NCBI GenBank assembly: GCA_038882975.1 | Contig: JAVZNE010000004.1 | Span: forward strand, 1-64,000 | Source of the DNA: Candidatus Bathyarchaeia archaeon | GTDB taxonomy: Archaea; Thermoproteota; Bathyarchaeia; Bathyarchaeales; Bathycorpusculaceae | DNA length: 64,000 nt | Direction of reading: 5' to 3' | Shown here: positions 1-9,409 of the stretch, in pieces | How the letters are laid out: every line of letters begins with the position of its first letter | Position numbering within the stretch: the stretch's first letter is position 1 | Program-made: the position numbers and the translations under genes | Notes under the pieces: generated by a model | Databases searched by the model: none | What the model was told of the DNA's origin: nothing | The model's input: the letters and a program-made list of their open reading frames with translations, nothing else

Positions 1-76
1 TGGCGTTTTATTCAGAAAAATCTGAAAAGTGGAAATAATTGTTTTAAATAACTGTAGGTTTACATCAACCTTAACT

Positions 77-1840
77 TTAACCTTCAGCGATTTTCTTCAG
101 TTGTTTTTGGTACATTTCAACTATTTCGTTTGTTGTTGTCGCGTCTTCTGCTGCCTTGTCAATTCTGTAGTTGCCAGTAAAACGCGGAAAGCGTATGGCT
201 AGGCCGCTTCCTTGGCGTATTGTGTTTATGGCGCATGTGTGGATGGGGCTTAGGGTTATTTCTGCGCCTAGGACTTCTATGACTATTTTTGGTTCGAACC
301 AGACGTCTGCTTCGATGAGTGAGTTTACTCTTGGGTGCTTGTGTGATATGACGTGTTTTTTCATCATTTGTGGGAGTTTTGCCAAGTCCTCGTCTGTGAA
401 GCCTGTTCCGCATTTTGTTACTGTTTCGAAGGTGTCGTTTTCTGGGTTGTATGCCGCCAATAGTAGGGCGCCGTATGTTCCGGCGCGTTTCCCGCGGCCG
501 TGGAAGGCGCCGACTACTACCAGGTCTACGGTGTCTGTCATTTCGCTTTTGTAGTCCCGCTTATACTTTATCCAGAGCCAGCCCCTTGCGCCAGCTTGAT
601 AGACCGAGTCTTCGTTTATTGATTTGCATACTAGGCCTTCGCATCCGTCTTCTATGGCTTCTAGGAAGAAGTTTTCAAGTTCTTTAACATCGCGTGTAGT
701 TATGGATTTGGCTATTTTCACCCTTTCGCTTTCTTTGATTATGCCCTCCAAGGTTTTTCGCCGAACTGGATATGGTTCGAGTGTTAGGTCTTTTCCGTCA
801 ACGTATAAGGCGTCGAACATGAAAAGTGAGACTGGATATTCTTCCATGGCCTTTTCTATGCCGTATTTTCGTCTGCGGTGCATAAGCTCCTGGAATGGCC
901 TCATTTCGCCGGTGTCTGGGTCTATGGCTACGCATTCAGCCTCTAAAATGGCTTCTTTGGCTAGAACATGCCGTTTTAAAAGTTCTATAGCGTCTGGATA
1001 TTGGTCGGAAATGTCTTCTAGGCGCCTTGAGAAAAGCGTTATCTCATCGCCCTTCTTGTGGGCTTGAATTCTTTCGCCGTCATACTTATACTCGGCTATG
1101 CATTTGCCGCCCAATTTTTCAAGGATTTCTTCAGGCGAAGAGAGCCTTTCCGCCAGCATAGGCCTTATGGGTTCACCTACAACAACCTTAAACTTTTTTA
1201 TGCCTTCTAGACCTTTTTCGGCGAGCATTTTGGCCACTCTTCCAAGGTCTGATGATATGTTGTAGGCGCGTTCCACTAGTTCGCGGGTTTCCTTGCCGCC
1301 GCCGTAAGCTATTGCCAGAGCATCAAGCACCGTCATGTCTGCAATGCCCAAACGAAGGTTTCCAGTAACCGTCCGCATAATGTATTTAGCCTCTTTTGGT
1401 GTGGCATCGGCCAAAAGCCCGGCCAAAAGTGTAATCTTAGTGTCGACAGCCCCAGACCCTAAAGCATGTGCCATCTTGTCGAAGGTTTCGTAAACCCTTT
1501 GAACGGTTAATGGTTTTTGGAAGAAGGTTAGCTGCCTTTTTTGAGCTATGAACTTCTGGGCTGTTTCGCCAATATCCCCACTCTTCTTTATGTCCTCCTC
1601 GATTTCGCTTTCGCGTCGTCCAGACGCGTGGGCAAGGGCTTTTATGGCGAGTCTTTCAGCCACTCCAATTTCGAGCTTAACAAAGTCTGGGTAAATTTTG
1701 CCCTGTGTTAAATAAACAACTTTGTCGATTATTTCTTTAGGCGTCTTTTTTAGGAGGTCTACCAGCAAGTCTGTCATTTCAAGTCTTTTAGTTGTAGCCT
1801 CAATTTTTTCGTAGGCGTCGGCAATTTCAGAGTAGAGCAA
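77..1840 (-). CDS. lig: ATP-dependent DNA ligase (canonical archaeal)
   Basis: Motif I EYKYDGER, EGLVCK, WIKYKRDY, C-terminal RFPRF, PIP-like QLTFF. Confidence 0.97.
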   Translation of the reverse strand: MLYSEIADAYEKIEATTKRLEMTDLLVDLLKKTPKEIIDKVVYLTQGKIYPDFVKLEIGVAERLAIKALAHASGRRESEIEEDIKKSGDIGETAQKFIAQKRQLTFFQKPLTVQRVYETFDKMAHALGSGAVDTKITLLAGLLADATPKEAKYIMRTVTGNLRLGIADMTVLDALAIAYGGGKETRELVERAYNISSDLGRVAKMLAEKGLEGIKKFKVVVGEPIRPMLAERLSSPEEILEKLGGKCIAEYKYDGERIQAHKKGDEITLFSRRLEDISDQYPDAIELLKRHVLAKEAILEAECVAIDPDTGEMRPFQELMHRRRKYGIEKAMEEYPVSLFMFDALYVDGKDLTLEPYPVRRKTLEGIIKESERVKIAKSITTRDVKELENFFLEAIEDGCEGLVCKSINEDSVYQAGARGWLWIKYKRDYKSEMTDTVDLVVVGAFHGRGKRAGTYGALLLAAYNPENDTFETVTKCGTGFTDEDLAKLPQMMKKHVISHKHPRVNSLIEADVWFEPKIVIEVLGAEITLSPIHTCAINTIRQGSGLAIRFPRFTGNYRIDKAAEDATTTNEIVEMYQKQLKKIAEG

Positions 1841-1902
1841 AATTGACTCCCTACGTGATAGGGAAACAGGCCAAATATATTAAGTTTGACTAGGCCTCGC
1901 GT

Positions 1903-2250
1903 TTACGACTTGTAAAGGATTTTGCCCTTCTCCAAAACTTCTAGGATGAATGGGGTTTTCCGCCTTTTCATATCTTCAAACTCTTCGGGCGTATAGCCTA
2001 AAGGCTCTATGGGTATGCCAAAAGTATTCAGCTCCATTAGTGTTCCTATTCGCTCAAGAAAACCTTCCTTAAAATCTGCAACAACAAGTATGTCGACATC
2101 TGAACCTTCATTTATGTCGCCAGTAGCAAACGAGCCGAAAAGAACAACAAGTTGTGGATTTAAGCGTTTGACAACCGCGTTTACATAAGCCTTTATTTTC
2201 TCAAAAACTTCTTCGCTTCTTTCAATATTGATTCTGCGTAATTTAAGCAT
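1903..2250 (-). CDS. Minimal nucleotidyltransferase (MNT), putative antitoxin
   Basis: LFGSFATGD...SDVDILVV (GS-x10-DxD), 115 aa, adjacent to HEPN gene. Confidence 0.9.
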   Translation of the reverse strand: MLKLRRINIERSEEVFEKIKAYVNAVVKRLNPQLVVLFGSFATGDINEGSDVDILVVADFKEGFLERIGTLMELNTFGIPIEPLGYTPEEFEDMKRRKTPFILEVLEKGKILYKS

Positions 2251-2594
2251 CTTCGGGCTATTTCCTCCGTATAATATTTATATGCTGGTCCTTTGGGATA
2301 AAAGTTGGGGTATCTCGAGCCGATATAGTGTCTGTCAAGCTCTCTTCCATAATCGCCATACTTTTGGAAGCTTCCTTCAATTTTTGAGGCTTCTTCCAGA
2401 AGCTCAGTAACAGAATGTGTTATGAGGGCTCTGTAGCCCTTCGAGTATAGTAAACCTTTCAACGCTTTTTCAGCTGACTGCTGGGCGAAAAAGGCACACG
2501 CGTAATAGTTTCCATCTTCCAAGCAGTCTTTGGCTGTTTTGAAATCGGCTTCTGCCTGGTCTAGCCATCTTAAACCTTCTTCCAAATTGCTCAT
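2193..2594 (-). CDS. HEPN domain protein
   Basis: WLDQAEAD, FFAQQSAEKALK, THS, YIGSRYP; start moved to ATG 2594 to avoid overlap with the upstream gene. Confidence 0.9.
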   Translation of the reverse strand: MSNLEEGLRWLDQAEADFKTAKDCLEDGNYYACAFFAQQSAEKALKGLLYSKGYRALITHSVTELLEEASKIEGSFQKYGDYGRELDRHYIGSRYPNFYPKGPAYKYYTEEIARRCLNYAESILKEAKKFLRK

Positions 2595-2620
2595 AAAAAC
2601 CACACCGTGGTTGTTTGTGC

Positions 2621-3379
2621 TTACATGCTGTCCAACTCTTTTAAAAGTTCCGCTAGCCTTTCTATAGCAAGCTGCCAAGCTTTTTCGCCTTTCTCCTTTG
2701 AGGCTTTTGTTGGGTCGCCTATAACGCCAGTGCTGCTCATTTCTCTTGTTCTGAAAGCCCATGAAACTTTTGGTCCAGCCTCCTTCAGTCCAATTTTCGT
2801 GTATTTTGACTTTGGAAGAATCAGCCTCGGCTTTGCGATTCTTTCTTTGACAACTGCGTTTTCGCGGTTAGCCAATGTTGTGGAGGTTTCAAACTCTCCG
2901 GCATGCGCGTCATAGGGAGTTTCTATATGTTGCTCTATGAAGTCTGGTATAAGGCTGACAGTGTCGATGGCCACAAAAGCGGTCGTTTCAGTCTTAATCC
3001 TCTGGGCTGAAGCTTCCAAGGCGGGGGTGTTTCCGCCATGGCCATTTTCGAAAAGTATTTTCGTGAATCCATGCTTTGTTAGGCACATGCCTATTTCATA
3101 GGCTATTTGCTCGAGGGTTTGCGGATTTAGTGTTATTGTTCCGGGAAAGTCCATGTGGTGTAGCGAAACGCCGTAATATATGGGTGGAGCTACAAGGGTG
3201 CATTCCGCTTTTTCAGCAGCCTTTAAAGAAAGCCAAAAGGCATCATAGGCGTCCGTGTCTAATGGCAAGTGGGGACCGTGTTGCTCGCAGCTTCCAACGG
3301 GCACAACCACGGTTTTGTGTACTTTCAGAAACTCTTCCACGTCAACCCATGTCAATTCGCCCAAATAGTAGCTTCGCAT
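2621..3379 (-). CDS. Creatininase / creatinine amidohydrolase family protein
   Basis: GSCEQHGPHLPLDTD, NGHGGN, HAGEFETS, GVIGDP motifs. Confidence 0.92.
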   Translation of the reverse strand: MRSYYLGELTWVDVEEFLKVHKTVVVPVGSCEQHGPHLPLDTDAYDAFWLSLKAAEKAECTLVAPPIYYGVSLHHMDFPGTITLNPQTLEQIAYEIGMCLTKHGFTKILFENGHGGNTPALEASAQRIKTETTAFVAIDTVSLIPDFIEQHIETPYDAHAGEFETSTTLANRENAVVKERIAKPRLILPKSKYTKIGLKEAGPKVSWAFRTREMSSTGVIGDPTKASKEKGEKAWQLAIERLAELLKELDSM

Positions 3380-3401
3380 TTTCAAAAGCTTTACACCTCT
3401 C

Positions 3402-3932
3402 CTAAAACTTTTCATAATGAATTATCTGCTTTAGGGGCCGCCTACTCCTCGGTGAAGGAGACTCAGCCGGGTAGCCGACTGGGATTATGGCTACGGGTCT
3501 TACACCCTCTGGAATTTTTAGGACTTTTCTTGCTTCGTCTTCTCTAAAGGCTCCAACCCAGCACGTGCCTAGGCCCATGGAGTAGGCTGCCAAATGAATG
3601 TTTTGTATCGCAGCGGCGGTGTCCTGTATGCAGTACAGTGTTCTTCCGCGTGTACCATAGCCTCTTGCAGAACGCTCCTCATCAGCACATACAACAATTA
3701 CGACCGGTGCCTCTTCGATAAACGATTGCCCTAATGCAGCTTCAGCCAACCGCCTTTTAGTTTCAGGGTTGCGAACAACTATGAACTCCCATGGCTGAAT
3801 ATTTCCGGCGGAAGGCGCCCACCTAGCAGCATCAACAAGTTTTTCAACGGTTTCTTGTGGGATATCAACGTTTTTAAAGGCCCTGACGCTTCGCCTTCCC
3901 TTTATGGCTTCGAAAACATCCATTATTTGCAC
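3402..3932 (-). CDS. Nitroreductase family flavoprotein
   Basis: RRSVRAF, APSAGNIQPW, GLGTCWVG; start may be ATG 3923. Confidence 0.93.
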   Translation of the reverse strand: MQIMDVFEAIKGRRSVRAFKNVDIPQETVEKLVDAARWAPSAGNIQPWEFIVVRNPETKRRLAEAALGQSFIEEAPVVIVVCADEERSARGYGTRGRTLYCIQDTAAAIQNIHLAAYSMGLGTCWVGAFREDEARKVLKIPEGVRPVAIIPVGYPAESPSPRSRRPLKQIIHYEKF

Positions 3933-3985
3933 TCCGCCTGTAGTAAAGTTTGTGAGTTAGCTTGATAAAACTTTGCAGTTTGGGA

Positions 3986-3997
3986 AACCTTAAATTT
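3986..3997 (+). promoter_or_regulatory. Putative BRE/TATA element for the C/D sRNA
   Basis: AACCTTAAATTT ending about 25 nt upstream of box C. Confidence 0.45.
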
Positions 3998-4018
3998 GGC
4001 GATGAAGCATCCTCTTTT

Positions 4019-4086
4019 GGATGATGAGTTAGAGAGTCAATAGAGCTTGGCATAGGCTATGATATGACTCGACGGGCGAACTGACA
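4019..4086 (+). ncRNA. Box C/D methylation-guide sRNA
   Basis: Box C ATGATGA 4021-4027, degenerate D' TAGA 4041-4044, short stem, degenerate C' about 4059-4067, box D CTGA 4081-4084; both guides complementary to conserved rRNA motifs; intergenic. Confidence 0.8.
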
Positions 4087-4166
4087 CATTCTCTACGGAA
4101 AGCTTATCAGCAAATTTTGAGAATGAGAAAAGAAACATGCTGGTTTGCTGAGTTGGATTTAGGCTG

Positions 4167-5873
4167 ATGGGCTTGCCCAAAAAATTCGTGGAGAGACTTG
4201 ATAGGCTTTCCTCAAAGTTAACGGTTAAATATGGAGTCTATTTAGTCGCGGTAATACTTTTTTTCGCCTTAATTTTGATTCCACCAATTTTGGGTATAGT
4301 AATTAAGTGGGGTTCAATGCAGGAAATTTTTGGCGACAGCCAACTTATGAATCGGGCATTGGACGCTGTGAAAAATTCCTTTGTAATGGCTGTTTTGGTC
4401 TCGATTTTGGATGTGGCTGCTGGTATTCCAATGGCTTGGCTTATAGCCAGAAGCAAGTCTAAATGGATAAATGTTCTGGACACGCTTGCAGACGTCCCTT
4501 TTATCGTGCCGACAGCCGTGCTCGGCTACTCGCTCTTACTTTTCTGGTATAGGCCGGAAGGAGTTTCAACGTTTTTCGGCGGCTCGCTTGTTTCGCCAGG
4601 CTGGCTTCTTGTTGCGTTGCTTCATTTTACTTTTTCTTACCCTGTTGTTGTAAGAGTCATCGTCGGCGCTTTGCTAGACTATAAGATTGAATATGAACAA
4701 GCATCAAGAACTTTGGGTGCGCCGCCCTTTACAACCGCTAGAACCGTCACTTTTGGCATAATAAAGCCTTCCTTGATTGCGGCTTTTATTTTGGCATTTG
4801 CTAGGTCGATTTCGGAAACTGGTGCCACAATGATGGTCGCCGGCGCTTTCGAAAATGGTCCTGTTTTTATTCAAAACATGAAAAATGCGTTTTCAGCTCA
4901 ACCGCCTTTGGTTAGTCGGGCTGTTTATGAAGGCTCAACGGTTTTCGCAAGCCTCATCTTAATAATTGTTTCATGCCTAATTTTTGCTGCGGTACGTGTT
5001 CTCGGAGGTATGTTGAAACTGCCATTTAAAAGGGCTTGGCCGACTGTTGAAAGGAAAATAAGCTATTCTTCAGCGGCTTTAACCAGAAATGGCATTACGC
5101 TTTTCATCTTCTTTATTGTTGTGCTGATTCCCTCGCTTTTTGCGGCCCTTCCAGCCTTCGAAGCCGCGTCAACGGATATCTTGCGTAACGCTTTCCTGGG
5201 GGTTTATCCATGGGGGGAGTATTGGCAAAGCATCGTTCTTTCATATTCTCTCGGAGCCGTCGTAACAGTCTTGAATGTTCTTATAGGCTTGCCCATGGCG
5301 ATAATAGTTGCACGGAAAAGGCTTGGTAAAACCTCGACAGCCTTAAACGTGCTTGTCGACATCCCTATAATCGTGCCTTCAGTGGCTTTGGGCGCTTCTC
5401 TTAAATTCTTCTGGAAAGAAACCTTGGCTTTCATACCGGATATGTGGCTTCTTATTTTTGCCCATTTAGCTATTACTTACCCATATTTTGTGAGGTCTAT
5501 GTCTGCGGCTGTTGAGCGGATAAGCATAGAGCTGGAAGAAGCATCAAGGACTTTAGGGGCTAAACCTTTAGGCGTTTTCAGAACAATAATATTCCCGTTA
5601 ACTAAGTATTCTATGTTTTCTGGCGCCATAATGGTCTTCACGAGGAGCGTGAGCGAAACTGGGGCCACTCTAGCCGTCGCAGATCTGAAAACGTCACCTG
5701 TTCTTCTCGTAGGATGGGTCAACGAATTTAGAGAGCTGGAACGCCAAGGTAAAATTCTAGAAAGCCAAACTAAACTTTTAGAAATCGGCTTGGGTTGCGG
5801 TTTCTTAATATTAATCTCCTTCATAATCCTATTAGCATTAAGGCTTATCGTTAGGGGTAAGGGAAGGTACTAG
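4167..5873 (+). CDS. ABC transporter permease with two BPD_transp_1 domains (FbpB/ThiP/CysUW-like)
   Basis: Two EAA loops (EQASRTLGA, EEASRTLGA), many TM helices. Confidence 0.9.
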   Translation: MGLPKKFVERLDRLSSKLTVKYGVYLVAVILFFALILIPPILGIVIKWGSMQEIFGDSQLMNRALDAVKNSFVMAVLVSILDVAAGIPMAWLIARSKSKWINVLDTLADVPFIVPTAVLGYSLLLFWYRPEGVSTFFGGSLVSPGWLLVALLHFTFSYPVVVRVIVGALLDYKIEYEQASRTLGAPPFTTARTVTFGIIKPSLIAAFILAFARSISETGATMMVAGAFENGPVFIQNMKNAFSAQPPLVSRAVYEGSTVFASLILIIVSCLIFAAVRVLGGMLKLPFKRAWPTVERKISYSSAALTRNGITLFIFFIVVLIPSLFAALPAFEAASTDILRNAFLGVYPWGEYWQSIVLSYSLGAVVTVLNVLIGLPMAIIVARKRLGKTSTALNVLVDIPIIVPSVALGASLKFFWKETLAFIPDMWLLIFAHLAITYPYFVRSMSAAVERISIELEEASRTLGAKPLGVFRTIIFPLTKYSMFSGAIMVFTRSVSETGATLAVADLKTSPVLLVGWVNEFRELERQGKILESQTKLLEIGLGCGFLILISFIILLALRLIVRGKGRY

Positions 5874-5875
5874 GC

Positions 5876-6979
5876 ATGCCAGACGTGCGCTTAGTTAATG
5901 TTACGAAAAGGTTTGGAAAAATTGTGGCTGTTGACAACGTTAGCCTCCACATAAAGGATAAGGAGTATTTCTCAATTCTTGGACCGAGCGGATGTGGAAA
6001 AACAACTTTGCTTAGGCTTATTGCTGGATTGATAGAGCCTGACGAAGGCGAAATATACATTGGCAATAGGCTTGTGAATAATGTTCCACCCGAAGACCGT
6101 GATGTGGGCTTTGTCTTTCAGACTTTTGCGTTGTTCCCGCACATGAATGCTTGGGAAAACGTGACTTATGGTCCAAGGGTTAAGGGCTTTGACATGCAGA
6201 AGGCCGAAAGGATAGGGCATGAAGTTTTGGAGATGGTTAGGCTTCACGAGCGTTTAGATGCTTTTCCAAGCGAGTTAAGCGGCGGTATGATGCAGAGAAT
6301 AGCTGTTGCGAGGGCACTCGCCGCTGGTGCAAAACTGTTGCTCTTAGATGAGCCTTTGGGGCATTTGGACGCTAAGGTCAGAAACGAGCTTAGGTATGAG
6401 ATTAGGCGCATGACTAAGGATTTGGAGTTAACCGCCATCCACGTGACTCACGACCAGTCAGAGGCTATGGCAATATCGGACAGAATAGCTGTTATGAAGA
6501 AGGGAAAGGTCCTACAGGTGGGGACGCCGCAGGAGCTTTACATGAACCCGCAGAGCATTTTTGTAGCGAACTTTATTGGAGGCTCAAACTTTTTGGAAGG
6601 CTTCATAGCTGAAACTAGGGGGCGGATGGCTGTTATTGAGCTTCGTGGTGGCTTAAAAGTCCAGGCAGTCAACAAAGGCATAAGTAAAGGCGAAAGGGTG
6701 GTCTTGGCTATCAGACCTGAAACTTTCACCATAAAGAGGGGGAAAGGCACGGATGAAAACGCCATGTTAGGCGTGGTTGAAAGGTTAGCCTTTGAAGGAA
6801 CAAATGTAAGGTATGAGGTTAGGCTTGAAAATCAGGATTTGGTGGTTGTTGTTACCCCCTCAATGGCTTGTGAATGGTTTAATATAGGGGAGAAAGTTAC
6901 CTTAAGTTTCCAACCAGAAAACGCCCACTTGTTCGCTTATCCGGAGCTGGGCTTGAGGGAGGAGTTGGCTGTTGAGTGA
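5876..6979 (+). CDS. ABC transporter ATP-binding protein with TOBE domain
   Basis: GPSGCGKT, LSGGMMQR, LLLDEP, VTHD. Confidence 0.95.
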   Translation: MPDVRLVNVTKRFGKIVAVDNVSLHIKDKEYFSILGPSGCGKTTLLRLIAGLIEPDEGEIYIGNRLVNNVPPEDRDVGFVFQTFALFPHMNAWENVTYGPRVKGFDMQKAERIGHEVLEMVRLHERLDAFPSELSGGMMQRIAVARALAAGAKLLLLDEPLGHLDAKVRNELRYEIRRMTKDLELTAIHVTHDQSEAMAISDRIAVMKKGKVLQVGTPQELYMNPQSIFVANFIGGSNFLEGFIAETRGRMAVIELRGGLKVQAVNKGISKGERVVLAIRPETFTIKRGKGTDENAMLGVVERLAFEGTNVRYEVRLENQDLVVVVTPSMACEWFNIGEKVTLSFQPENAHLFAYPELGLREELAVE

Positions 6980-7631
6980 ACTAATAAAATGGTTTGAAAA
7001 GCGGAGGGAGACAAAAGCTCTAACAATGATACAGCAGCACCTAGCCATAACAACAAGCATAGTTGAGGATTTAGAAAAAGCCGTTAAGGCAGCGGTGAAC
7101 GGAGACTCAAAAGAGCTTCGAAATTGTGTGGAAAGAATTGCCAGCGGCGAGAGAGATGCGGATAGCCTACGCCGGAAAGTCATGGATGAAGTCTCGAAGG
7201 GAGAGCTTCCTCCAACAGCGAGAGAAGACATAATGCATCTTGTTAAAAGGGTGGACATGGTTGCAGACTGGAGCAGAGAATCAACAAGGGTTTTAATGGC
7301 TACGCCCATGGAGCATGTGCCTGCTTCCATCAAGAAAGGGTTTGTGGAAATGGCAAAGGGTGTAAAAGAATGTGCCATACTGCTTCAAAAGTGCATAAAC
7401 AAAATATTGACGAAGCCGGAAGAAGCTCTTCAGGCGGCAGACGCTGTGGAAAGGGAGGAAGAAAAGGTTGACGACTTACACGAGGAGGCGAGGATACTAT
7501 TGGGAAAGGAGAACTTGCAAAGGGCTGGGGTTGCCGTCCTAGTTGGTCAGCTTTTTGAAGCCTTAGAAATGATTGCAGACGCGTGTGAGGATGCATGCGA
7601 CCAAGTAAGGGTTATAATGGTTAGAAAGTAG
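6972..7631 (+). CDS. DUF47 / PhoU-like protein
   Basis: Repeated ExxxD helices (ERDADSLRR, EEKVDDL, IADACED). Confidence 0.85.
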   Translation: MSELIKWFEKRRETKALTMIQQHLAITTSIVEDLEKAVKAAVNGDSKELRNCVERIASGERDADSLRRKVMDEVSKGELPPTAREDIMHLVKRVDMVADWSRESTRVLMATPMEHVPASIKKGFVEMAKGVKECAILLQKCINKILTKPEEALQAADAVEREEEKVDDLHEEARILLGKENLQRAGVAVLVGQLFEALEMIADACEDACDQVRVIMVRK

Positions 7632-7653
7632 GCTGGATGGAGGTGGAGACGAG

Positions 7654-7932
7654 ATGGTTGAAATAAAAGTTGACATATCAGAACTTAAGGCTGAAGGCGG
7701 GGATGTTGTAAAGGAGCTTGCAGAATTCTTGAAGGAAAAGACAAACGTTGAAGTGAAAACCCTAACAAACGAAATCGTTGTGAGAGGCGAAGAGAAAAAC
7801 CTTTCAAAACAGTATTTGAGGGTGCTTCTGAAAAAGTTTCTACATAAAAGCGAACTTAAGGACTATTATAGGGTTATAAGCTGGGAAGAAGGCGCCTTAA
7901 AGGTTAAGGGGCGAAAGCTGCCCGAAGAGTAG
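7654..7932 (+). CDS. rpl22e: Ribosomal protein eL22 (L22e) homologue
   Basis: SKQYLRVLLKKFLHKSELKDYYRVI resembles the eL22 signature SKRYLKYLTKKYLKKxxLRDWLRVV; RBS GGAGGTGG upstream. Confidence 0.75.
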   Translation: MVEIKVDISELKAEGGDVVKELAEFLKEKTNVEVKTLTNEIVVRGEEKNLSKQYLRVLLKKFLHKSELKDYYRVISWEEGALKVKGRKLPEE

Positions 7933-7933
7933 C

Positions 7934-8338
7934 CTACTTCGCTTTGAAGCGTTCACGCTTTTTCTTTGCAAGATTCTCTTCAATAGCGAAAACGCAGTGC
8001 CTCGCCACATAAACGTCTTTAAACGCGTCTAAAACCTTGCCACTTATCAAAAGCCTTTTGGCATTATCCAACAAACTGCGAACCTCGTCCAAAACGTTGT
8101 GGATATCATCCTTTTTTATGTCTGGGTTTGGCTTCCATTTGGATTTGTCAACATTTTCTTCTTGAAAAGTTATGGAAAACATGAAAATGGCGTATTCTAG
8201 CTCGGCAGCCACGTGCCAAAAATATTCTGAAAAGTAGTCCTCATCCCCGCTGCTCAATGCTGAAATTGATTTTTCCAAGTAGTTGGCTGCGGATTCCAAA
8301 GCCTTCAATATTTTGTCGTTAGACGCCATCAGTTTCAT
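7934..8338 (-). CDS. Hypothetical helical protein
   Basis: ORF fills the gap between genes; start uncertain (8329/8338/8395). Confidence 0.65.
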   Translation of the reverse strand: MKLMASNDKILKALESAANYLEKSISALSSGDEDYFSEYFWHVAAELEYAIFMFSITFQEENVDKSKWKPNPDIKKDDIHNVLDEVRSLLDNAKRLLISGKVLDAFKDVYVARHCVFAIEENLAKKKRERFKAK

Positions 8339-8391
8339 CCCGCTTTCTGCACAATATATTGTGAAGCTTTTTATCTGTTTCGTAAAAGCCT

Positions 8392-9294
8392 TCAACTTTC
8401 CCCTTTAGAGACAAAGACTATCCCAGCCAAAATTAACGCTGTTCCCACCGCAAAAATTGGGATGGGCCACTCGCCAAATAGAACTATGCCTAGGGCTGTT
8501 GCCCCTAAAGGTTCCAGCAAAGCCATGGTTGCAGTTTCAAAAGATTTTAGACTTGATAGAGAAGAAAAAGCCAAAGTGCGGGCTACCGCCGTTGGCAAGA
8601 TACCTAATCCAACCAGTGGAAGGAGGCTTTCCATAGTTGTTGGCAACTCTAAAGTTTTATTTGTGACAGCCAATCCCAGCACGCCTACGATTATAGCTGT
8701 TAAAAAATATATGGGGAGCATTATGGAAATTATGTCCATTCGGCCCCTTATCTTCCTTCCATAAGTGAGGAACAAGGCTTCAAGCACAGCGGCTAATGTG
8801 GCTTTTAAATCCCCTTTTAATCTAGGAGAGAAGTCTTTCAACGAAGCGCCAGCCGTTTGAGTTTCAGCGTAGGCGATAACGCACACGCCAATAAAGGCCA
8901 ATGTTATGCCTAAAATAGCAAAGCTTGAAGGCTTAGCCTTATAGAGGAAAACTGATAAAACCAAAGAAAAAATTGGAGCTGTGTTGACGAGAACCGTCGC
9001 ATTTAAAATCGTCGTATCCTTCACAGCTGATATGAAAAATATGAAGTGTAAGCCTAGAAAGAAGCTGAGGACAAAAAGATTTCTCAAATTCTTTTTTATA
9101 AGGTTAAAGCTGAAAACTCTTTTAATCCCAAAAAGCATCACGGCCAGCACGATGCCAGCGATGGTTAAGCGCCAGAAGGCTATGGAAAAAGCATCAAAAT
9201 TTTGGAGATATCTTATGAAGATGGCTGAAGTTCCAAAAAGGGTGCCAGCGGTTACGCCCTCTATAATGGCTAGTTTTCTTGTTTTAACATGCAT
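8392..9294 (-). CDS. DMT/EamA family transporter
   Basis: About 10 TM helices; NTAPIF and LLEPLGA motifs. Confidence 0.88.
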   Translation of the reverse strand: MHVKTRKLAIIEGVTAGTLFGTSAIFIRYLQNFDAFSIAFWRLTIAGIVLAVMLFGIKRVFSFNLIKKNLRNLFVLSFFLGLHFIFFISAVKDTTILNATVLVNTAPIFSLVLSVFLYKAKPSSFAILGITLAFIGVCVIAYAETQTAGASLKDFSPRLKGDLKATLAAVLEALFLTYGRKIRGRMDIISIMLPIYFLTAIIVGVLGLAVTNKTLELPTTMESLLPLVGLGILPTAVARTLAFSSLSSLKSFETATMALLEPLGATALGIVLFGEWPIPIFAVGTALILAGIVFVSKGES

Positions 9295-9409
9295 GATGTA
9301 TGCTCTTCTTCAAATCACATTTATACATTTTCGCCTCCATAAAAAGGGAAAGAATAAGTGAAGTTTCAGTAAACGAATGTCATTATCCCAAGCTGAAAGA
9401 GGGTTGACA

